A DNA stretch of 64,000 nucleotides from Octopus vulgaris (taxonomy: Eukaryota), in the NCBI GenBank assembly GCA_951406725.2, contig OX597821.1, positions 46,686,001 through 46,750,000 of the forward strand, written 5' to 3'. This document shows, in pieces, positions 53,460-64,000 of the stretch; positions within the stretch are counted from its first letter, which is position 1; each line of letters starts with the position of its first letter. The notes beneath the pieces are model-generated. The model was not told the DNA's origin. It worked only from the letters and a program-made list of their open reading frames with translations, and made no database searches. Made by a program: the position numbers and the translations under genes.

Positions 53460-53976
53460 ATCATTATCTAACTATGATGACTTTTTGATTAATTAATACA
53501 TTGGAGTGCAGAGAAACAGAATTTATAAAAATAAAAAAAAAGTGATGATGATTCTGTTCGAAATGTTATCAAATGAAAATTTTCCTTCTAGCGGATACTT
53601 AGACAATGTATAAGGTTTTCGAGTGATGATATATGTTGGCAGGTGTAAGTTTTTAGTTAATGAATACTAACATATTTGTTGCTAGTTTCTTGTTGCAATT
53701 GTGCATTAGACAGGAATGTGTATTTGATAAATGATTAATGTTAATAGTGGAATGTAAAGAAGTATTCCTGTAATGAAATATTCATGAGATACTCATGTTC
53801 TATTTTCACTAATGTCCTAATTAATAGATTAAAGAACACTGTTGAGAACTTGATAAGAAATCCGTTGCATTTAGTGTTTCTTCAAGTAAAGTCCATCACA
53901 TATAGTTGATACTCCATTGACATATTTTGTAGCTTGAATATCGTGAAAAAGAAGAATGACAGTATACACAGCTCCT

Positions 53977-54202
53977 GGCGAGCTGGCAGAACCGTTAGCA
54001 CGCCGGGCGAAATGCGTAGCCGTATTTCGTCTGCCGTTACGTTCTGAGTTCAAATTCCGCCGAGGTCGACTTTGCCTTTCATCCTTTCGGGGTCGACAAA
54101 TTAAGTACCAGTTACGCACTGGGGTCGATGTAATCGACTTAATCCTTTTGCTTGTCCTTGTTTGTCCCCTCTATGTTTAGCCCCTTGTGGGTAATAAAGA
54201 AA
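53977..54202 (+). mobile_element. SINE family A, well-conserved monomer
   Basis: GGCGAGCTGGCAGAACCGTTAGC head, GAGTTCAAATTCC B-box, Meta-like core, and tail ending AATAAAGAAA. Confidence 0.9.
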
Positions 54203-54804
54203 CATATTTTTAAAGAATTTCCCTCAATAAATATATCAAGAAATTATTTCCAGCTTACAGTTTTTTCAATTGATCAACTGGTTCAGTTGATTCTTCTAAT
54301 TGGTATACTTTATTTTCATGCAACAAAATAACGAAAATACCCACCACGATGGTATTACAGCAAAAAGAAATTCTAGATTAGATTCAATAAATATTATTTA
54401 TTGCTGGACATATGTTACAAGAAAATGCAAGGACCCAATTTTCAGTGATGTAACACTGCCTGAATCGCTATTTTATTAATAGTATACAAATTTCATTTAA
54501 GAAGAAGGAGTATTTTGGCTTTGTGTAACAATTGACTGCTCTAAACAACGTTAACATGGCGATGTGTTTCCTCGTTTGACATGAAAATGTTTTTGGGCTA
54601 CAATTTTAAAATAGATACCAAGAAAATAACGCAATTAGGTTTCTGAGTTTTAGTAGTTTTTGTATATCGTCAAGGAATCAATAGATGCAAAGAGAATGTA
54701 TTAGTTGGAAAATATAATGGGGTTTGCAGTGCATCCACGAATCCACGAAACCGGTTCACAATAAGTAGCAGTGAGGACAAAGGCACATGCAGATTGACGG
54801 ACAG

Positions 54805-55283
<479 letters not shown>

Positions 55284-55639
55284 GTGATGTGACTAACTTT
55301 TGTCTCAGCTAGTTATTCCCTGAAATTTTTAGACATAAAAGTGATCATGCGAAAGCCAATTCTCTTTTAATTATTTACTTCCTGGTTTTTCCTGTTAAAA
55401 TATTCCTCCACTTAAAATCTGTTTTGAATGTTGAAACTCGAGCAGCTGTGAAGTAATCGTAAGATTACTGGAAACAGACCGTGGATAATGTCAGTAGGAA
55501 GACTATGCAGCAAATTAATCTTGATAACAAGACAAAAATTACATTTCTGTCAATTTGTTGGCTATCAAGTATTTCTGTCCGCTTAAGAAGATACTAGAGT
55601 GAAAGAAGTTTTCACTATTTTACTGATTAATATTCATAA

Positions 55640-56022
55640 CAGGAGTGGCTGTGTTGTAATAAACTTGCTTACTAACCACGTGGATCCGGGTTCAGTCCCA
55701 CTGCGTGGCACCTTGGACAAGTGTTTTCTACTATAGCCTCGGGCCGACCAATGCCTTGTGAGTAGATTTAGTAGACGGAAACTGAAAGAAGCACGTCGTA
55801 TATATGTATATGTATGTGTTTGTGTGTCTGTTTGTCCCCCCCCCCAACCGATGCTGGTGTGTTTACGTCCCCGTAACTTAGCGGGGACATAAAGACTGAT
55901 AGAATCAGTACTAGGCTTACAAAGAATAAGTCCTGGGGTCGATTTGCTCAACTAAAGGCGGTGCTCCAGCATGGCTGCAGTCTAATGACTGAAACAAGTA
56001 AAAGAGTAAAACAAAAAGAGTA
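55640..56022 (+). mobile_element. SINE family B
   Basis: CAGGAGTGGCTGTG...CCGGGTTCAGTCCC...GGCACCTTGGACAAGTG...GGTGCTCCAGCATGGCTGCAGTC...GAAACAAGTAAAAGAG. Confidence 0.9.
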
Positions 56023-56395
56023 ACATTATATATTGGTTAATTCCAATAGGAAATCTACGGTCATAAATCCTCATCTGAACTAAAATGTAAACTGCAAGTC
56101 CAACAATTGTGCTTAGACTATTATTACGTCACTACAGTTTTTATAGTGATTTTGATCTCGCCAAAGTGCTGCTTCACAATAACTGTTCCGAAATGAATAA
56201 ATTAACATCAATTTGAATTGTAACAATATTGAACTTATTCCAATGGCTACACTATACACTTTATTTCTGATACTCTGCTCTTCAGTTTCTTGGCTCATGT
56301 ACTAACAGTCATAAGGATTCTCTGAAATACACTTATTCAAATCGATAGTAAAATTTGACAATCGATGAAATTAGTACAAGTGTATTTATCCTGTA

Positions 56396-56757
56396 TTAGC
56401 ACTATTACTCGGCAACGCTGGGTCATAATGCTAGTGCATGCATATACAGCTGCGTGCGTGCGCACATACACACGAGTACTGTCCAAATTTCCGACCAAAC
56501 ACATACAGCTAGCTGGCATTCAATTGGCGTATCAAGTTTCGGGCATTTTGATTAGGTTTTGGATAGAAAATTCACAAAAAAGTCACTTCTATTGATTTTT
56601 TAACGGCTTTGCGGGGTGACAGGGAAAATGTAAAGATGTGCGCGACCACCCTTGGACAGTTTTGAATAACCATAGAAAGTGCGAGCCCTCTAACTGAAAA
56701 ATTGTGGTTTTGTATAAAGGACACACGCACAGACGTTTTGCCATTTATATATAGAGA
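56396..56757 (-). mobile_element. Non-autonomous Helitron (second copy)
   Basis: Reverse complement of 21515-21860 over its full length; A|TC start at 56757, CTAA|T end at 56396, terminal palindrome at 56395-56435. Confidence 0.85.
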
Positions 56758-57823
56758 TACCATTAGCTATTATATTGATGCTTTACCTTCCTTCGCACTT
56801 GATAACCCACCTTATACAACTGAACAACTTCGAAATTGTTCCACACGAAACCATCGAAGCATGCAGTGTATTTGTGTACTAAAAATGTAATCGACTGAAC
56901 CGACCGTTGAATTTGACACACTTCTAATCCTTACAAATATTGCTCTAACGCTGGAAACTGATAAATGCTTAACTGAGAAGTTGATTAGGTAGTCGAATAG
57001 ATCGACTTTCAAGGCAATATATTTATGTGTGAGTGTCTGTGTATGTGTGTATGTATGTATGTATGTATGTATGTATGTATGTATGTATGTATGTATGTAT
57101 GTATGTATGTATGTACGTATGTTTTTAAGTGCGTATGTAACAATGGGTGTTTATATGTAGTGCTTTCATATTCCTGGAGTTTTAGAGCTTATTTTGACTG
57201 GTCATCATGTCGGTGTGTACATACATTTATACAAAAATACCCCCCACACACACACACTCATGCATCTATAAAGGAAGCGGTTTTCTTTTCTTCATTATTT
57301 ACGCAACCATTTACCACTTAAATTTTCGAATCACGAAGATCTTTATTGTCCCAGAGTTCACGATCATCTGTCTTCCATGAGTTATGTTAGGCAGTTACAT
57401 TCTTATTCCAAGAATCCAATTTGATTCAACCATAATATTACAAAACTTGATATTCTAATAACAACGGAGATAAAGCTGGAAATAGATTTTGTGTACTGGA
57501 TTTACAGGCTCCTCATCGGTGAGTCATAGATGTCTTCTTTCTCTTGCAGTTTTCTTACCACAAACATTTCAAATGAGAAACTACGACAGAGCATTTTTTT
57601 GGTGGTGTTGGTGGTGGTGGGATGGGGTCCCAAACATCAACGTGTGTTCGGTTGTGTTTTAATTTGGTTATTGTTTTTAGTCTTGGGCTTCATCAATACT
57701 TTTTTGGTTTGTCTCACTTGATATATTCATCTCTCTTATTTTTCTTCCAAAGCTCACACTTGATTGTTTAAGTATGTTCTAGTTTTATCCTGAAATTGCT
57801 GGCCTTGTGCCAAAATTTGAAGC

Positions 57824-57854
<31 letters not shown>

Positions 57855-58285
57855 GAGTGAGAGAGCAGCGCATGCAATCAAAGTGACACTGGGGTAAAAT
57901 ATACGTAGCATAGTATACCCGTCATGACTACCCGTCTGATAAGGGTACACCAGACAACATGCGCGACGTCATATCAAGATAAACAGCACATGATCTTGCA
58001 GGTGAGGTCCAGTTAGAATTTTCCTCAGGTCGACTATCCCATCCCGCTCAAAAGGTAACTGTATAAGGTTTTCTTAAAGATGTTGAACAAAACACCCATG
58101 TTTCCAGAGGTGAATTATTCAAACCCTATAGAATTCCTCTCAATATATGACTATGATGCTCCCTCACTACTTCTGCTAGTGATCGACGATACACATTGTC
58201 AGCCACTGAGGGACATGGTCAACTGGTTGAGATCAAACTACTGACAAGCAAACTTGTGATATTGAGCAGAATATTTTCTGTAGTT
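57855..58285 (-). mobile_element. Repeat family D, truncated
   Basis: Homologous to 58371-58830; flanked by (TTA)n and (TCA/TTA)n. Confidence 0.88.
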
Positions 58286-58307
58286 CATCATTATCATCAT
58301 CATCATC

Positions 58308-58370
<63 letters not shown>

Positions 58371-58961
58371 GAGTGAGAGAGCAGTTCATGCCATCAAAGT
58401 GACACTGGGGTAAAATATACGAAGCCCAATATACTCATCATGACTACCCGTCTGATAAGGGTACACCAGGCACATGCATCACAACCATGTGTGCGCGACA
58501 TGGTGATCTCATATCAAGATAAACAGCACATGACCTTGCAGGTGGGGCCCAGTTAGAATTTTCTTCAGATTGAGTAGCCCATCCCGCTCAAAAGGTCCCT
58601 GAATAAGGGTTGTTTAAGGATGTTGAAAGAACCACCCATGTTTCCAGAGGTGAATTATTCAAACCCCAAAGAATTCCTCTCAACACATGGCTATGATGAT
58701 CCCCACTACTTCTGCTCGTGATCAGAGATGCACATATCGTCAGCCACTAAGGGACATGCTCAATTGGCTAAAGTCAAACAACTGACAAGCAAATCTGTGG
58801 TATTGAGCAGAATATTTGCTGTAGCCCATCTTTTATACCAAGACAAAACAGTTTACATGATAACACTTCCAATCAGTTAAGATCAGAAGCCATGAGAGCC
58901 ACTGCCTGGTACTGCATCAGGGCATTTACTGCATCAGGGCATTTACTGCATCAGGGCATTT
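58371..58961 (-). mobile_element. Repeat family D, longest copy
   Basis: Flanked on both sides by (TTA)n; right end carries 3 x ACTGCATCAGGGCATTT. Confidence 0.9.
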
Positions 58962-58965
58962 ACTA

Positions 58966-59025
<60 letters not shown>

Positions 59026-59289
59026 CGCCGATGTCAACTCTGCTTTTCATCTTTTCGGGGTCAATGAAATAAGTTCCAGTGAAATATTGTGGTTGATATA
59101 ATTACCTAGCACACTCACCCAAATTTTCAGTATCGACATCATCATCATCATCAACATTGTTGTCATCATTAGTATTTCAACTCTTATTGAAAACTTAAAT
59201 TTATTTCTCATATACCTGTTGTGCGCAGTATGTGCTTTTAAATATTTCTCACATTCTTTTCAAGAAATAACCAAAAAACGAAGATAGCT

Positions 59290-59295
<6 letters not shown>

Positions 59296-59351
<56 letters not shown>

Positions 59352-59405
59352 AATATATATATATGTATACATACATATATATATATATATATATACATAC
59401 CTATA

Positions 59406-59446
<41 letters not shown>

Positions 59447-59470
59447 TACACACACATACACACACACGCA

Positions 59471-59507
<37 letters not shown>

Positions 59508-59520
59508 ACACACACACATA
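59296..59520. repeat. (TA)n/(CA)n microsatellite tract
   Basis: Directly visible. Confidence 0.95.
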
Positions 59521-60473
59521 CAAACAAACAAGATACAGCTGACAATGTGTTTGATAGTAGAATCATGCTGCGCTGATTAATAAGAGGCTTACCAACTGAA
59601 AACTGTAAAACTTTATGAAATTTCTGCATTTCAGAGCATAAAACTCAATGGCAAATCGACCAATGTTTCACAATGATCATTCTTCCTGAAATGTATCTCG
59701 TTTACTAAGCAAGTAGCTAAAATTACATGGAATACACTTGTCTAAAACAAACAGGGGTCATGTACTTCATCCGAAACTAGAGAAAGTCAGCAACGTTGAT
59801 GTTGAAAAGGACTTAATTGGAAGAATTTGCGCTGTTAGAAAAATAATACAAAAGAGACAGGTATATAACTGCTATTATAATAAAGACGAAGAGTTGAAAT
59901 GAAGCGAAAATAATAAAACGTCATAAAAGTGCGGCAAATGAGGAACTAAGTGAAATGAATGCGACGTGGAAATATTTGAAACTAATTACTTTCGTGGTAT
60001 TTAGGTGAGCAATGGCGCATCGCAAGACGTAATTATTTTTCACTTAAGCTGAAATATGGCAATAAGAAAATATTACATATGAAGAATTAATGTTGACACT
60101 ATTACTAAAGTCTGTCTATTATATTAAGTATCAGATCTAAATGGTGAGAGATTTACAAGAAAAAACAGATGCGTCACGTCAATAGCTAATAGTTACAATA
60201 TTTATTATATTGCATATGATGAATATCTATGGCATATGGATACAGAAACTTGCCTCTGATACATCACTATCCGTAACATCACTTGTCTATAGGTTACTGT
60301 TTCGGTTGTTTAGTAAAATAAACAATCCGGCCTATCAGATTCAAAACGGTGTCCATGACCGTTACAGGTTGACTAAAATAAAATGAATATTATAAAAATA
60401 TAAATGTAGCGCTGTATGTGTAACCAGTCACGATACTTTTAAAATAGTTATGAGAATTCCAATAACACTTATA

Positions 60474-60686
60474 AAGACCCCCTTCGGTCATGAATGACCA
60501 TGGGATTGCACCTAGAAAGTTACCCTCCTAGACACAAGTCCGGGCGAGGTTGTTTATGGAAGACCAGCAGTCGCCCATGCATACCAGCCTCCCCTCTCCA
60601 CGCCACCAGTGTTATCCAAGGCAAAGACAAAGGTCGATACAGCTTGGCACCAGTGACGTCGCAACTCATTTCTACAGCTGAGTGAA
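60474..60686 (-). mobile_element. Truncated retroelement (SINE-like) fragment with TSD-like flanks
   Basis: GC-richer 210-bp island flanked by AACACTTATA (60464-60473 and 60685-60694). Strand and family are inferred from resemblance to SINE 3' regions. Confidence 0.55.
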
Positions 60687-61064
60687 CACTTATAACACTT
60701 ATACACATAAAAATACTCACTTATACACATAAAAATATTCTATAAAACAATTTTAACCCAATTTTGGTTATGAGCCCCGCAGGTTCTAATCCATCAGCTG
60801 GTTTAGATTATCAGTTTTAGCATATTTTCATCTAACCAGTTGATAATGTCCTAGAGGAATTCACGAAAATCATATTTTTTCATTCCTTGACCCTCTATCT
60901 TCTATCTATAAGAAATCGACATTATTCTGACATTGCTCTAAGCGTGATTAATGTATCACCAGAAAATGTATTGATACATAACCAAGAGCAGAAACATTAG
61001 CTATATGAATTAACACAACTTCGTGTATTGCACGCACACGCACAGACGCACGCACACACTCACG

Positions 61065-61097
<33 letters not shown>

Positions 61098-61099
<2 letters not shown>

Positions 61100-61505
61100 T
61101 CTTTCATTCTTTTACTTGTTTCAGTCATCTGACTGCGGCCATGCTGGATCACCACCTCGGGGTGTTTTAGTCGAACAGTTCGACTCCAGGACTTCTTTTT
61201 AAGCCTAATTCTTATTCCATGGTCTCTTTGCCGAACCACTAATGTACGGGGACGTAAACAAACCAACACCGATTTTCAAGCGATGATGGTGAGGAGGACA
61301 AACACAGACACAGACACACCCACGTAGATATATGCATATTATATATATATATTACGGAGATGTACTTGCATAGTAAGCGACATGATCTGAGATAGTGTGC
61401 TGAAGCAAAAATAATTGCAGCGTGAAAGGTGTTTATAAGCCGTTTAAAAACACGCAAAAACAGATTCACTTCAATATTTAAATTTAAATGTCGATGTGAA
61501 TCTAA

Positions 61506-61541
<36 letters not shown>

Positions 61542-61736
61542 TGTATGTATGTATGTATGTATGTATGTATGTATGCATTCATGTATGTATGTATGTATGT
61601 ATGTACGACCAAATCTACTCTCAAGGCTTTGGCTGGCCCGAAGTTATAGTAGAAGACACCTCGCTAAGGTACCACACAGTGGGACTGAACCTAGAACCTT
61701 GTGGTCGGGAAGCAAGCTTCTTACCACAGAGCCATG
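61098..61736 (-). mobile_element. SINE family B split by a PLE-type repeat (61355-61490) and (TATG)n
   Basis: 3' part at 61098-61320 (TTTTACTTGTTTCAGTCA...GGGACGTAAAC) and 5' part at 61608-61736 (GAAGACACC...GGGACTGAACC...AAGCTTCTTACCACA). Confidence 0.75.
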
Positions 61737-62125
<389 letters not shown>

Positions 62126-62345
62126 TTCGCATACAGAGCAACCCCAGTTGTTAACCGTGAACTATAACATATCTTTTTTCAGCTTATCGAACTTCGGTAT
62201 GGGTAAAATTTACAACCTTCTACGTCAATAAACCACTATTGTTCCTGAAAGTTGTTTTCTATACCTTTTACGGACTGCACCAAACTTACAAGCTTCCTAC
62301 ACCTTGATCCTTGGATCTTACCTTTACATATTACTATATGTATAT

Positions 62346-62556
62346 ACTCTTTTAGTCTTTTATTTGTTTCAATCATTTTACTGTGGCCATGCTGGAGCAC
62401 CGCCTTTAGTCGAGCAAATCGACCCCAGGACTTATTCTTTGTAAGACTAGTACTTATTCTATCGATCTCTTTTGCCGAACCGCTAGCTTACGGGGACGTA
62501 AACGCACTAGCATCGGTTGTCAAGCGATTTTGGGGGACCAACACAGATACGCAAAC

Positions 62557-62603
<47 letters not shown>

Positions 62604-62800
62604 TCACACACACATACACATCTATATATAAATATATATACGACGGGCTTCTTTTAATTTCCGTCTACCATATCCACTCACAAGGATTTGGTCGGCCTGA
62701 GGCTATAGTAGAAGACACTTTCCCAAGGTGCCACGCAGTAGGACTGAATCCAGAACATGTGGTTGGGTTGGTAAGCAAGCTACTTTCCACACAGTCACTT
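62346..62800 (-). mobile_element. SINE family B, full length
   Basis: Reverse complement of 55640-56022, with internal (CA)n. Confidence 0.9.
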
Positions 62801-62917
62801 TATATATATGTTTATTGTTTATATATATATATATGTTTATTTTTTATACATCTATTTTCGTGTTTTGTTTTTCTGCAAATTTCAACTACTTATATGTATG
62901 TGTGTGTGTGTGTATGT

Positions 62918-62932
62918 ATAATAATAATGATG

Positions 62933-62966
<34 letters not shown>

Positions 62967-62985
62967 TAATAATAATAATAATAAT

Positions 62986-63058
<73 letters not shown>
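62918..63058. repeat. (AAT)n microsatellite
   Basis: Directly visible. Confidence 0.97.
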
Positions 63059-63172
63059 TTAGGGTGTATAACTCCAAACTTACAGGGAAAAATTCAATTT
63101 AGTATAAAATATAAATTAGAGATAAAACCATTATTATGCAACTCAAAAATAAATAAATGAATAAATCTAAAC

Positions 63173-63209
<37 letters not shown>

Positions 63210-63293
63210 TATTAATTATATATATTATTTGTTATTTATGTATTGGTTTATGTCTATCACTTTTTGAGTTGCAAAATAGTGGTTTTATCTCTA

Positions 63294-63358
<65 letters not shown>

Positions 63359-64000
63359 TAGTAGTGTAATATATGGAGTTATAGAATTCTGTGGTATGCA
63401 TATTGATGCAGACATGTTAAATAATTTATTATACATTGAAATCAGAATTATATGATGAAGGCTGAGAAACGGCTGTTATCCCATGAATATCAAGTGGCTA
63501 AATATTATTCACCTCTTACCTCCTTACATGTTATGGTTTATATACTCCGCATGAAATAATTTCAGCGATTGGATCTCTGTGTATTTCAGGTGCATAGAGC
63601 TCTGCTTTATAAGTGTGTGTGTGTGTGTGTGTGTGTAGGTGCGCATATATATATTATATATGATTACATTTACACACATCCATGCATATAGATATATGTA
63701 TATTTATATGTAGTCTCACACACACACACACACACACACACCCACATGTACACATAGACCATACGCGGGTGCGCATACCTTAATAGATTTGTGGTTCACT
63801 GCAGTCTTTCAAAAGTTAACTAGAAGTGTAATGCGTTTCTTTCAGATGGATAGCGAATGCGTCTCAAGTAAACTTCCTCTAAATTCTTGGCGCCTATTTC
63901 TCATAGCAACGTAGATAAAGCAAAATGCCGTTGTACTGAAATACTGCAAATATCTATGGGGATTTTGAACCTAAGGTTCGTAAGTTGACAATCCAATACT

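Noticed and set aside
62252-63160. Longest ORF in the track (302 aa)
   Set aside because: It is antisense SINE-B plus (CA)n and (AAT)n microsatellites read through without a stop; no protein-like content.
63450-63475. TGATGAAGGCTGAGAAAC as a possible hammerhead core
   Set aside because: Lacks the C of CUGA and has no stem II or closing stem.

Overview
AT-rich, microsatellite-dense eukaryotic (animal) DNA. The SINE families and repeat landscape look like a coleoid cephalopod, most likely Octopus (inference from recalled repeat families, not a database search). Only one host coding exon is supported: a 120-nt minus-strand exon (33080-32961) with canonical AG/GT splice sites, encoding the N-terminal RING half of a BMI1/PCGF2/4 (Psc-type) Polycomb protein. 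I could not find the next exon, so most of the window is probably intron. The rest is transposon debris and simple repeats: three tRNA-derived SINE families, a TAA-associated non-autonomous retroelement, Tx1, RTE and R4/Dong LINE fragments, Penelope-like RT remnants, two mariner remnants, a Merlin-like remnant and two non-autonomous Helitrons. Nearly all listed ORFs are microsatellite or SINE artefacts, and there is no CRISPR array or prokaryotic system. The most notable observations are: a SINE 3' module shared with a Tx1 LINE 3' end, apparent microsatellite-targeted integration into (TCTA)n and (TTA)n, a Helitron terminal palindrome whose loop is flipped between two copies, and a variant minimal hammerhead-like motif. 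Boundaries of degenerate elements are approximate, and family assignments rest on motif recognition by eye.
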